The notes under the pieces were generated by a model that saw nothing but the letters and a program-made list of their open reading frames with translations, searched no databases and had not been told where the DNA came from. The position numbers and the translations under genes are program-made. A stretch of DNA of 64,000 nucleotides from Squalus acanthias (lineage: Eukaryota). The stretch is taken from assembly GCA_030390025.1 (NCBI GenBank), contig CM059432.1, forward strand, positions 81,718,001 to 81,782,000, read 5' to 3'. Shown here in pieces: positions 1 through 12,150 of the stretch. Each line of letters opens with the position of its first letter. Position 1 is the first letter of the stretch.

Positions 1-1114
1 ATGCTATTTTGAGGCTGCCTTCTAATTTTACATTCTCCCCCATGGGTTACCCGCTGCTCGGGGACCACGCCAGCTCAACCTGGCATGAGTTGAGTCTGCT
101 CTGATGTATGTGATAAGCTGACAGCTGCAGAAGTGGTGTAAAGGATGCCATGTTGCAGATGGTCAGTTTAAGAGCGAGGTGGTGGGGTGGGGGGGGGAAG
201 TTATGTCTGAACATTCACTGGAACTCAATAAGACACTTCTCATGGTGTGCTCAGATCTATCCAATAAGGGGCAGTTTTGGAAAAATATTTCATTGTATGA
301 CAACACATTACCAGAAACTTCACATGGACATTGGCTAAACCTCTCAAGTGCCTACCCTTGTGTGTTGTGAGTTGGTATGCTTGCAGTAGGATGAGGGTGA
401 GTGTGAGGGGTGGCTAGTGAGATGGGGAAGTGATAAAGTAGATAGAGAGGGTTGGGTGGAGGTGCAAGATAAGTTGGTATGAGTAAGGATGTGCAGGAGA
501 AGGGTATGGAAGGCAGAGTGATGGGGATGTGTTGAGTGGCGGGGATGTGTTGAGTGGCACAGCAGGATGAGTTTGAGTGTGGCTTTGCAGTAATGTTTTG
601 TGATCCACTGAGATCATTGAAAGGTTGGTGCCACTGCAGCCAGGGACCGCTGACGACATCCCTGCTTTTGCCCTCCTGTGCAATGTGCAACCAGGCTGCG
701 TTGGTATCCTGGGGAGGTCTCTTCCACCCTTGGAAGGGAAGAGAACCTCCCTGCATGTTGTGACTCCCTCCATAAGCATATGGAGGGAGTCATTGGAGAG
801 CCTGGGTGCAAGCGTCCACCTTTGTGCAGTGCTTGTCAGTGTTTGCAGCACCTCAATGCTGTCAAACACTGACAGAACAACTGTCAAACTCCATGTGGAC
901 GTGGTCCCTTTAAGGAAACCAGCTGATGACAGATCATGAAATGACGTCATCAGACCTGCTTCCTGTTAATTGGCCGGGAAGCCCGCAGGGCGGACTTAAC
1001 AAGGCCAATCAAGGGAAAATCCCATTTACAGAGCAGCTGCAGCCAGGTTCGTGTCTGGAATCCGGAAACCAGCTCTCCTGCCACCATCCTGCCTCTGCCA
1101 TTAAATTCGTGGCC
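1..1114 (-). mobile_element. Degenerate PIF/Harbinger element end carrying a Myb/SANT-like ORF remnant
   Basis: Minus-strand peptides APRLSNDSLHMLMEGVTTCREVLFP (ORF 414-950) and AAWLHIAQEGKSRDVVSGPWLQWHQPFNDL (ORF 352-756) join by a frameshift into a Myb/SANT-like domain. A TIR-like end AAATTCGTGGCC is at 1103-1114. Parts recur at 40265-40610 and 63300-64000. Confidence 0.8.
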
Positions 1115-1117
1115 AAA

Positions 1118-1492
1118 GTCTCCATTATGGCTATTAGATCAAACCTGTTCATTTCTATCTGCGCTATTAATTCATCTATTTTGTTGCGAATGCTTCGCGC
1201 ATTTAGATATAGTGCCTTTAGCTTTGACTTATTTCTATTTTTCACTGATGTCACCTTAGTCACTGATGCCTTCTTACCTTTGTTACTCTCTCTGTCCCTT
1301 CCTGACCCACTCTGCTTATTTTTACCCAAAACTCTGCTCTGCTCTAAAGCCTTGACATTTCTCTCACTGCTTTTAAATTTACTCTTTCCTGAATTCTCCC
1401 ACCCCCTTCATTAGTTTAAAGCCCTGTCTACTGCCCTAGTTATTCGGTTCACCGGGACACTGGTCCCAGCCTGGTTTAAGTGGAGCCTGTCC
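1118..1492 (-). mobile_element. CR1 LINE fragment (ORF1 end / ORF2 endonuclease start)
   Basis: KLKALYLNARSIRNKIDELIAQIEMNRFDLIAIMET is the N-terminus of a CR1 apurinic-like endonuclease. Confidence 0.85.
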
Positions 1493-2293
1493 ACTTTATG
1501 GTGTTGGTGTGGGGTGGTGCCAACCTGGCACATCATGTGGCAGCCAGGGTGTAAAGCACCAAGTGAAGTAAATCCGGCCATGGTGAGGCCATCCCTGGCC
1601 TCCTGGGCAGCAATGTGTCCTGTGCAGCATGAATTGATTGCGGAGAAGGTTGGTGGTGTTGTTGGTGCTGCTGGTGTTGGGGCTGATCGTGGTCGGATTC
1701 TGAGGACCAAGGTGAGAGAGTATAAAGGGCACCCATGCTGATGGAATAGATGGCTGGTGAAGTCGAGATGACAGAAGCGATCTGTCAATGGTGAGAGAGG
1801 TAATGAGGTCAGACTAAATGGAGACTTGTGTAAAGACTTGCAGCATTCTGAATCTGTTGTGGAAATGCAGTGAGGAAGAGCTTGTGGCTGAGGGAAGATA
1901 TCTCTGGAAGGTGGGAGCTTTTACTTGACATTTGAAGCTGTCAACTCAACAGCTGATTCAATGGCAACTGACTTCCCACCCCTCAACCACCCCCCCACCC
2001 CCCGCCTTAGCTTCATAGACGTGGTCTAGCAATAGCGTGAAACCCGTATGCGAGCTGTCAAATTCAAAAGGTAAGTTTAAAACCATTGTTAAGTGGCAGT
2101 AAACAAGCCACTAATCATTTAAAGTGGCTCCCCCGCCGCTGCCTGTCGGGTCTGCTCAGCACTGGCAGACCCGACATCAGGAAAGGCAAGTGTGCGCGAT
2201 TTGACAGTGGGTTCCCGACCCAGTCAATCAATTCACATTTAACTGCCGACCCGCCACTGATCCCGTCCGCTGAGCACCGGCAAAATTCTGGCC
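1493..2293 (-). mobile_element. Non-autonomous Harbinger-type element fragment
   Basis: About 1496-1790 is the reverse complement of about 63530-63840. It ends in TIR-like CAAAATTCTGGCC at 2281-2293. Confidence 0.6.
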
Positions 2294-2295
2294 TC

Positions 2296-4160
2296 TGTAT
2301 TTCCTCCATCTAAACCCTTCATGATTTTAAACACCGCCATTAAATCTCCTCTTAGCCTTCTCTGCTCTAAGGAGAACAACCTCAGCTTCTCCAGTCTATC
2401 CACATAACTCTAAACCCTCATCCCTGGAACCATTCTAGTAATCTCTTCTGTACCCTCTCCAAAGCCTTCAGCCCTTCCTAAAGTGTGGCACCCAGAATTG
2501 GACACAATACTCCAGCTGGGGCCAAACTGGTGTTTTATTTTATTATTTTTTAATTTTTTTAAATAAATCGGGGTAAAAATTCAGTTGGTTGCGCCTCCCG
2601 TTAGCGCCTTAAGAGGGCGCTAATGGGGCGCAAAGCCGCTAACGCCCGGGCGCAGCGATGTTTGCGCCGCTCGGGAACTTAACTAGAGATTGTGCGGCGG
2701 CGCTAAACTTTACCGCTGCGACCACCTGCGCGCACAGATTGTGACGTCATTCTATGGTGCAACGCCCTTGTGGCGCCCCGGAGCGGAAATTGAGTGGCGC
2801 CCCCTGCCTTACCGCCTGGCGCATCCAACGACCAGAAGACTGGAACGCTATCAATCGCTGTGGGGCTGGGGGGGGGGCGCTATTTAAAGGGGGCCTCTTC
2901 CTGTCTTTTATTGTTGGTGCCAATTTTGAACTACGCATTCTGAGAGAGAGAGGGAGAGACTTCTGGAGAGATTCAACGTTGTGTGAAGGAGTTTTGGGTA
3001 CTGAGCAGCACTTTGCAGGTTCATTTTGATTTGCCATTCCTTGTATCGATTTAGCAGAGACTGTGGGAGCTGCACTCTGAGCTCTTTGCCTGGTACTCTC
3101 CATTGTTCTTTCCAGCACATTTGATGTGCAGGTCTCTCCAGGCCGAGATTCAAGGCTGCAATGAACAGGATGTGGATGGAAAGCAAGATTAACCATCCCC
3201 TTTAAGAACTGGCCCGTGCCATTGTGTCTGTGTTCCATTGCTGACTGACATTACATGAGCTTCGCCAGCGCTCTGAGTTAGCGCCTCACTCCTTGGCCTT
3301 TGCGCCTTAAGACAGGTGTGCAGCGCCTGATTTAGCGCTCCACTCACCTCCCGGGGCGGTAAAAGTGAAGTTTCCAGTCAGTGGCGATAATTAGCGCCAG
3401 GCGCTAATATTTGCGTCCAGACGATATTTGCGCCCCAAACGGGGCGCGACCTAATTTTTCGCCCATCGTGTTTTATTCAGGTTTAGCATAACTTCCTGAC
3501 TTTTGTACTCTCTGCCTCTGTTTATAAAGCTAAGGATCCCATGTGCTTTATTGACTTTTTATAACCTGTCCTGCCACCTTCAAAGATTTGTGCACAAACA
3601 CCCCCAGGTCTCTCTCATCTTGCACCCTTTAAAATTGTACCATTTAGATTGTATTGTCTCTCCTCATTCTTTTTACCAAAACGTATCACCTCACACTTTT
3701 CTGCATTGAGTTTCATCTGCCATGTGTCCACCCATTCCACCAGCCTCTCTATGTCTTCTTAAAGTCCATTACTATCTTCCTCATTGTTTACTACACTTCC
3801 AATTTTCATGTCTTCTGCAAATTTTGAAATTGTGTCCTGTACCCCCAAGTCCAAGTCAGAAAGTCATCAAAAACAGCAGTGTCCGAATACTGACCCCTGG
3901 GGAACACCACTGTATACCTCCCTCCAGTCTGAAAAACAGCTGTTCACCACAACTCTCTGTTTTCTATCTCTTAGCCAATTTTGTAGCCATGCTGTTACTG
4001 TCCCTTTTATCAAATGGGCTTCAATTTTGCTAACAAGCCTATTATGTGGTACTTTATCAAAAGCTTTTTGAAAGTCCATATACACAACATCAACTGCACT
4101 GCCCTCATCCACCCTCTCTGTTACCTCATCAAAAAACTCTATCAAGTTAGTGAAACACAT
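2296..4160 (-). mobile_element. CR1 LINE RT/3' fragment interrupted by a MITE
   Basis: ORF 3867-4160 reads TNLIEFFDEVTERVDEGSAVDVVYMDFQKAFDKVPH...SGVPQGSV. CR1 3' sequence continues on both sides of 2540-3467. Confidence 0.9.
2570..3464 (+). mobile_element. GC-rich Harbinger-type MITE, family A1
   Basis: TIRs GGGGTAAAAATT / AATTTTTCGCCC and 3-bp TSD ATC (2567-2569, 3465-3467). Homologous to 44854-45742 and 48434-49316. Confidence 0.9.
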
Positions 4161-4580
4161 GAATTCTTTATTGGATTTACATTAAATAGTTTGCCACTCA
4201 ACTGTTTACCATTCTTGAGTGCAACCATGGCCAAAATTATTACTGAACCAATGTCCTGTGTTTTGGCTCCATTGGGTTATAACGTGCTGCTGATTTATAA
4301 GTTAAGACCTCCAATAAGAGGTAAATCAAAATTATTCACATTTTATGTCTTTAGAAGTGGAAGTGAGGCACTTTCCCTGTGCACATATGTGTTAGTACTG
4401 ATGATAAAGGGTGAAAAAAGACCGCACAAACAAGACACACAAATCTGCTTTTCATTGAAATTGAACATAATCGTTTGTCTAGTAAAAAAACATGAAGCAT
4501 GCTTTCTTTGCCATTTACATGACCAATCACGGAAGCCTGTCAAAAAGCATCACCTTCGTTGTCAAAAAATTTATAAATAT

Positions 4581-6640
4581 CTTCTTCTTCTTAGGCAGTC
4601 CCTCGGAACCGAGGATGACTTGCTTCCACATTAAAAATGAGTTCGCAGGTGACTGATGAGTCCAATGCGGGACCTACAGTCTCTGTCACAGGTGGGGCAG
4701 ACGGTGGTTGAAGGGGCGGGTGGGTGGGGTGCTTGGGTTGACGTGCGCTCCTTGCGTTGCCTGCGCTTGGCTTCCGCTTGCTTCCGGCGAAGAGACTCGA
4801 GGTATTCGGCGCCTTCCCGGATGCTTCTCCTCCACTTTGTGCGGTCTTGGCCAGGGATTCCCAGGTGTCGGTGGGGATGTTACACTTTTTCAAGAAGGCT
4901 TTGAGGGTGTCCTTGAAGCGTTTCCTCTGCCCACCTGGGACTCTCTTGCCGTGCCGGAGCTCCGAGTAGAGCGCTTGTTTTGGGAATCTCGTATCGGGCA
5001 TGCGGACAATGTGACCCGTCCATTGGAGCTGATCGAGCGTGGTCAAAGCTTCGATGCTGGGGATGTTGGCCTGAGCGAGAACACTGACGTTGGTGCGCCT
5101 ATCCTGCCAATGGATTTGCAGGATCTTGCGGAGGCAGCGTTGGTGGTACCTCTCCAGTGCTTTGAGGTACCTGCTGTACATGGTCCATGTCTCTGAGGCA
5201 TACAGCAGGGCGGGTATCACTGCTGCTCTGTAGACCATGAGCTTAGTGCCGGGTTTGAGGTCCCGGTCTTCAAACACTCTCTTCCTCAGGCGACCGAAGG
5301 CTGCACTGGCACACTGAAGGCGGTGTTGGACTTTGTCATCGACGTCTGCCCTTGTTGACAGTAGGCTCCTGAGGTATGGAAAGTGGTTCACGTTGTCCAA
5401 GGCCTTGTCGTGGATTTTGATAATCAGGGGGCAGTACTGTGTGGCGGGGGCAGGTTGGTAGAGGACCTTTGTCTTACAGATATTTAGTGAAAGGCCCATG
5501 CTCTCATACGCTTCGGTGAAGGTGTTGACAATGGTTTGGAGTTCGACCTCATAGTGAGCGCAGACGCAAGCGTCGTCTGCATACTGTAATTCGACAACAG
5601 AGGATGGGACGACCTTGGATCTGGACTGGAGGCGACGGAGGTTGAACAGTTTCCCGTTTGTTCTGTAAATTAGCTCCACTCCAGCGGTGAGCTTACTGAG
5701 GGTGAGATGGAGCATTGCAACAAGGAAGATCGAGAAGAGCGTTGGTGCGATGACACAGCCTTGCTTGACCCCGGTTCATATGTGAATTGGGTCTGTGGTG
5801 GAACCGTTGGTCAGGATCACGGCTTGCATGTCGTCGTGAAGCAGGCGGAGGATGGTGACAAACTTTTGAGGGCAGCCGAATTTCAGGAGGACACTCCATA
5901 ATCCCTCACGGTTGACAGTGTTGAAGGCCTTTGTGAGATCAAAGAAGGCCATGTATAGCGGTTGGTGCTGTTCCCTGCATTTCTCTTGTAATTGACGTGC
6001 GATGAAGATCATGTCCATTGTGCCCTTTAGTGGGCAGAATCCCACATTGCGACTCTAGGAGGAGCTCTTCGGCCACTGGGGGAAGGTGATTGAGGAGGAT
6101 TCTTGCGATGACTTTCCCTTTGGCAGACAGCAGGGAAACTCTTCTGTAATTACCGCAATCGGACTTGTCACCTTTCTTGAAGATGGTCACAATTACGGCG
6201 TCTCTGAGATCCCCGGGCATGCTCTCCTCCTTCCAGATAAGAGAAATGAGTTCATGAATTCGCGCCAGTAGTGCTTCTCTGCCATGCTTTAGTGCCTCGG
6301 CGGGGATTCCATCTGCTCCTGAGGCCTTGTTGTTCTTCAGTTGTCAGATGGCCTTTTCAACCTCATGCCAGGCTGGGGTTGTGCTGAGATGGTGGCGTGT
6401 AGCATGCTGCGGGATGGAGTTGAGGACACTCGCATCGAAGACAGAGTCTTAGTTAATGAGATCTTCGAAGTGCTCCTTCCAGCGGGCACTGACAGCCTCT
6501 CTGTCCTTGATGAGTACCTCTCCATTCTTGGCCCGCAGTGGGGTAGGGCCTTGGGTGCTTGGGCCGTAGATGGTCTTGACTGCGCTAAAGAATCCACGCA
6601 TGTCGTGGTTGTCGGCTAGCTGCTGGATCTCCTGCACTCT
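4581..6640 (-). mobile_element. RTE-clade LINE, 5'-truncated, with RT ORF remnants
   Basis: NYRRVSLLS, FFDLTKAFNTVNR, ELQYADDAC and the C-terminal GKRVPGGQRKRFKDTLK lie across frameshifted ORFs 4591-6637. The (AAG)n 3' tail is seen as CTTCTTCTTCTT at 4581-4592. Confidence 0.93.
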
Positions 6641-6714
6641 AATATATTACAATGTTCAGAAATACAGATACTGTTGCAAATGAAGCAATAGTTTGAAAAA
6701 GGGTTGAGCATCCT

Positions 6715-6940
6715 CAGGATTTCCCAAAATGGTTCACAGCCAATGAGTTACTGGTCCCACAAACAGCAATAAGATAAATGATCAGTTAATCTGCTTTGGC
6801 AATCTTGGTTGAGGAATGAATACTGGGCAACGCACTTGGAGAACTTCATGTTCTTCTTCAAAAATTGTCATGGGATCTTTTATATCCACCTGAACAGGCA
6901 AACAGGGCCTCGATTTATCCAATTGATGGCATCTCCCATT
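6715..6940 (-). mobile_element. Degenerate Deu-domain SINE fragment
   Basis: TGTCATGGGATCTTTTATATCCACCTGAACAGGCAAACAGGGCCTCG matches the better-preserved copy at 62575-63040. Confidence 0.7.
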
Positions 6941-6974
6941 ATCTATGGGGTTATTATCCATAGGAACAAGGGGC

Positions 6975-7490
6975 GGACCTTGTCATTCACAAGCCATCCA
7001 TTCACATGATATTATTCCTTGACAAGGTCGGGGAAGGCCAAATTTCAAAAGTACCGTAATAACTTCCAGCATAGCTCGCCTTGACATGTAGGATCCTTAG
7101 CATGTTGTCGCACACAATCTGTACATTGAGAGAATGGAAGCCTTTCCTATAGAAGAATTTGAGGGAGTTTTCTGTCGGAAAAACCATCTACTCCATCCTG
7201 GAGCTTGGGAAAGCTAGCAACCTCAAAAAACCGAACAGACTATAAAGTGCATTAGTCACCTGACAAACGCATGCCCATACTCAAGCTGGCTGGCTGAAAT
7301 GGCCCTGCGCCATGCAAGTTGAGTGCAGTACTCACCTTCATAGCCACAGAGGGAACAGCGTTAGCAGATGGGCACAACTGCAGGTCCTTGTGCAGAAGGT
7401 GGCAGAGCTCTCCTAATGCCTCTTTGGTGAAACACACTCTTCTAATGCACATCTCCTCACTAAGGTCTTCCTGTCCTGTCCAACCCATTC
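6975..7490 (-). pseudogene. Harbinger (DDE_Tnp_4-type) transposase fragment
   Basis: DLSEEMCIRRVCFTKEALGELCHLL...VAMKVSTALNL and FYRKGFHSLNVQIVCD...LHVKASYAG motifs in broken frames. Confidence 0.8.
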
Positions 7491-7670
7491 ATAATTTTAA
7501 AGACCTCAAACAGGTCACCTCTGAGTCTCTTTTCTAAAGAAAAAAGCCCCAACCTGTTCAAACTTTCCTGATAGCTGTAATCGCTCAGTTCTGGTACCAT
7601 CCTTGTAAATCTTTTTTGCACATTCTCCAGTGCTTCTATGTCCTTTTTATAATATGGAGCCCAGATGTTG
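7490..7670 (-). mobile_element. Old CR1 3' coding fragment
   Basis: Resembles the minus-strand CR1 segment encoding ALERVQRRFTR...LGLFSLE...GDLIEV seen in other copies. Confidence 0.6.
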
Positions 7671-7984
7671 CAGAAGTCACCAGTAGGTCACGAAGAAACT
7701 TAGGGCTATTGTCAGTTTCTCTGCCTCAGTTAGTGTAGTTGATGTACTCTGGAGGTCAGGCTGCAGCATGAGGCACAGCTCTTCACGGGCACCTCTACTG
7801 AACTGGAGCCTCCTCAGGTACCAACTCTGGCTCATGCTGTGGAAGGATAGCAAGGCCTATAACCCATGGTGCCAGGTGGTTTTCAGTTTCCTCTGACGAT
7901 GCCAGATTTACCTGTCTTCCCTTAGTGCTACCTCTTCCTCCTCTTTATCTGTCTCCAGTGGGTGCAGCATGTATAGTGTGAATA

Positions 7985-8200
7985 TCCTAAGCTGTGGAAT
8001 TCCCTCCCTAAACCTCTCCGCCTCTCTCTCTCCTCTTTTAAGACCCTCCTTAAAACCTACATCTTTGACCAAGCTTTTGGTCACCTGTCCTAATATCTCC
8101 TTATGTGGCTCGGTGTCAAATTTTGTTTGATAACACTCCTGTGAAGCACCTTGGGGCGTTTTACTACGTTAAAGGCGCTATATAAATGCAAGATGTTGTT
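7985..8200 (+). mobile_element. L2 LINE 3' end
   Basis: CCTAAGCTGTGGAATTCCCTCCCTAAACCTCTCC...AAAGGCGCTATATAAATGCAAG(TTG)n, the same as the L2 tails near 38480-38688 and 59120-59353. Confidence 0.85.
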
Positions 8201-9310
8201 ATCCATGTGGAAGCTGATGCTGTAGCTACTCTGGATTTCTGACAAGGCTCCTTTGTGCCTCACCTACTCCAATATGCACACAAAATGAAAGCCAAGGCTT
8301 GTGGCCTCCAACAATAAGAAATTAAACTCAGCTCAGTAAATACAAAGATACTGCAAGAACTGCCAGAAGATCATCAAAAGTCCAGTTTTATTCCTTTAAG
8401 TGGTTGCTTCTGATCATGATCAGCTGGTCCTGGCAAACACGCCTACTTTACACTTTACCAGGGTATCTGGGAAAGCAGAAATAATGGAATTTATGACTGA
8501 TGACATGATGGTGTCATTATTCATCATTTATCTAAGTCTGCCAGGAGCTTCTTACACCCAGTCCCACTGCCAATGGAATTACTGATGGCGTAAAAATGGG
8601 GCAGAACACTGGTAGATCTGGGTTCGATCCCAAATTCCACCCCGACATATCAAAAAGCTCAAACCCCCAAAACCAGGAATTTCAGGACCAAAAAGCCAAG
8701 ATTAGGCCAAATTTTATATTCTTTTAATGAATCTGAATTAGCCTAATTCAGACTACCTTCTATCTTGTGCTCATCATTAATGTCTGTGCAGATCCAACTA
8801 ATATATAGCCAGTATCATCAACTTTTCAAAGGATAAGGTAGAAATATGCTGGTATGTTCTTTGTCCTAGTTTAATCTTTGCTGCAATTAATTAAACACTT
8901 GTTGTAAGAGGCGTTACTGGCTTTTGGCTGGTTCTGGTTTTCTAGCAGCGTTTTGTAATTTATCCACAATGCACACTATGTAGTAAGTGCAAGGGGTTGG
9001 GTTCTGTTATAGCTGCTTCTGTTTGGCGTTGAAGTATGTTAATGAGGCCTGGGGGTTAAAATGGTCCACGCCTCCCATCAACGAGCTGGAGGTAGCCGGA
9101 CTCTTGCTCCGCCGGCCCCATGCTTGCCGTTCACCCTGAGTTAAATTCGGGGGTGGGGGGTGGGTGGCTGCGGGAGTGGTGGCGGAAACCGTTTCTCCAG
9201 CGGTTTCCTTGATCACCTGCAGAATTCCTGGCAGGGGTTCAGGAGAACCCTGATGAAAATTCAGGTCCACTTTGTGTGCATGGGTGTGCACATGCACTCA
9301 AACGTGAATG

Positions 9311-9371
9311 CATGTGTGTATCTATGTATGTATATATATATGAGTGTATATATATATACACACGCATATAT

Positions 9372-9408
<37 letters not shown>
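9311..9408. repeat. (TA)n/(CA)n compound microsatellite
   Basis: Visible TA and CA dinucleotide runs. Confidence 0.95.
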
Positions 9409-9409
<1 letters not shown>

Positions 9410-11198
9410 GACCCACATAATCCATAAAGAATTATATGGTATCGTGAGGAAAGTTTTAATAACTGGGGCTCCAAGGGATTATTAGTGTTGAGCAGTTTGA
9501 TTTGGAACAGATTTTGGAGCTGAAAAAGGTAGTGTACATATGTTTTCAGAATGAATGTTTCCCCTGTGACAGAGAGCACATCTGGAGGGTGATGCCGTGT
9601 AAACAAGTAGCTGATAGGACTAAATGAGTACAGTGCTCAGCAAATGCCATTAGGAATGAAGTCACAGTTGAATATAAGTAGCCGTGTTTTATAAAATTAT
9701 AGCAATAAATGTTAGACAGACATTCGGTTTCATTCGCTTTCACCGATTTCCAAACATAAGTTTCCTGCAAAGCTTCTGAAGACATTGTCAGTCTGACTGG
9801 CTGCTGCTTAAACCCAGCCAGCGGCATACGGATGTGAAATATTTAAAGTGGCTGCAAAGACTGAGGTACTGTATCTTATCCAGTCATTCGATTTCTCTTT
9901 CTGTGTTTAAGTGGGTCTCTTTTAATCCCATTTATCTTTTGAGTTATTTTTTGGATACAAGTGGAGAGGTCCTTGCATCAGTCTCCTTTTGCACATGAGT
10001 TCACGTTCTGTATTAAAGTCACGTAATAATGTGAAAGGAAGTAACTGATAGATTGCACTAAAGTAGAACGTGTAGGAATAAAAATATTGCAATGTATCCA
10101 AATATATCCTTTTAATTTTGGATAGCTTCTACGATTTGACTTCAGTTTGACGAGTAATTGGAAGTAATATTATTTAAAGTAAAATACCCATATCAGGCTT
10201 CAGGATTTTGTAGGGTGGGAATGTTGTGATGTGTCTGCACAATTTTCATTTACTTACTTGAAGCTGAGTCTGTTTTCTTGTCATAAAAAATGAGGTTGCC
10301 AAAAAATACCAGATGGATAGAAACTTCAGAAAGATAATCAAAGAAATCAGTTGGCAGTAAGACTTCTGAAATCAATGGAAATAAACATCAGGCATCTTTA
10401 GGTGGCCAACCCACAATGCTCGTTTTACGCCCAGCCAGCAAGTTGAAAATCTATCCCAAAGTGTGTGGTCTGAAATTTGTCAATGGGGGAGTTTTCACTC
10501 CCTCTGCCAAGCGGAAACTCGGTGGAATGGGAGTTAAAATCTAATCAGGACACTTACCGCTCTTTTACCAGCTCATGGCCATTTTAACACCGCAATTTTC
10601 TTGGGTGGTTGAGGCATCTGCCTTACTGAGGTGGGAGCCACATGAATACTTGCAAATGTGGGTCCTATGATGTCCACAGAGCCCCAAAGCTATTTTAATG
10701 GCCTACTGGGCAGAGCGCCCACTGCGGACAATCTATTCAGTAAAACCGGCTGAGTATGAAGCGGAGGCATTTACAGTTCATAGAATCATAGAATGATGAT
10801 ATATCAGTATAAAAATGATTTTTGATCATGCTCCAGGAAGAGCCCCACAAGAAATGTTTGGGCCGCTGCTGTTGCAGGTTCCCACCTTGCGCGTTCACGA
10901 ACCCCTCCTGAACCCCTTCCCTAGGCCTCTAGGCTGCCTGATATTCACTGGCCAAAAAAGAGTCCGATAGCGGGAGCAGTCAAACAACAACAACTGCGAA
11001 ACCGCTAAAGTGACGTCACAACCAGGGAAGGAGCTGATTGATAAGTAGGACCTGGTGAGTATTTCTACAGTCCAGTCGTTGAAGTAAAAGTAAGGTCTCT
11101 AGTTTAGAGTAAGTAGTGTTTAAAGGGAAGTAAGGTCCCTAGTGTATTTAATATACTTTAATTTAAAGGAAGTAAAGGGAGTAAATTAAGGGTAGGAC

Positions 11199-12150
11199 AT
11201 GGCAGGGCAGCTCAGCAGCGTGGAGTGCTCCTCCTGTGCTATGTGGGAACTCAGGGACACTTTCGGTGTCCAGGGCGAACACATGTGCAGGAAGTGTCTC
11301 CAGCTGCAGCTACTCGAAATCCGTGTTTCGGAGCTGGAGCTGCGGCTGGAGTCACTGTGGAGCATCCGCAAAGCTGAGATCTTCGTGGATAGCACGTTTG
11401 ACGAGGTGGTCACACCACAGGTAAAGAGTGCACAGGCAGACAGGGAATGGGTGACTGCCAGACAGAGTAAAAGAACTAGGAAGGTAGTGCAGCAGTCCCC
11501 TGGGTCCATCTCCCTCTCCAACAGATTTTCCGTTTTGGATACTGCTGGGGGAGATGGTTTCTCAGGGGAATGCAGCAAGAGCTAAGTCCGTGGCACTACG
11601 AGTGGCTCAGCTGCACAGGAGGGGAGGAAAAAATGTGGGAGAGCAATAGTTTTAGGGGATTCTATCGTAAGGGGAACAAATAGACCTTTCTGTGGCTGCA
11701 GACATGACTCCAGAATGGTATGCTGCCTCCCTGGTGCCAGGGTCAAGGATGTCACTGAACGGCTGCAGGGCATTCTGAAGGGGGAGGGTGAACAGTCAGA
11801 GGGCGTGGTTCACATTGGTACCAACGACATAGGTAGAAAGAGGGATGAGGTCCTGCAACAAGAATTTAGGGAGCTAGGTAGAAGATTAAAAAGCAGGACC
11901 TCAAAGTTGTAATCTTTGGATTACTCCCGGTGCCACGTGCTAGTGATTATAGGAATAGGAGGATAGAGCAGATGAATGCGTGGCTAAAGAGTTGGTGCAG
12001 GAGGGAGGGCTTTAGTTTCCTGGATCACTGGGTCTGCTTCTGGGGAAGGTGGGACCTGTACAAGTCGGATGGGTTGCACCTGAACCGGAACGGGACCAAC
12101 ATCCTTGCGGGGAGGTTTGCTAGTACTGTTGGGGGGGGTGGGGTGGAGTT
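11199..12150 (+). pseudogene. CR1 ORF1p: zinc-finger/leucine-zipper plus SGNH (GDSL) esterase
   Basis: CSSCAMW...CRKCLQLQLLEIRVSELELRLESL, then GDSIVRG, CCLPGARVKDV, VVHIGTND and DGLHLN esterase blocks. Stop at 11583-11585 and a frameshift near 11910. Confidence 0.9.

Noticed and set aside
60..300. LTR pair or segmental duplication with 63300-64000
   Set aside because: The matches are diverged, interrupted by different sequence and adjacent to Harbinger TIRs, so they are dispersed family members.
2747..3238. Conserved 160-170 aa ORF repeated at 45196-45516 and 48575-49090
   Set aside because: It lies inside MITE copies, has no recognisable domain, and its frame shifts with (GA)n length between copies.
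9276..9606. YIYIYI-rich ORFs
   Set aside because: Translation of the TA microsatellite.
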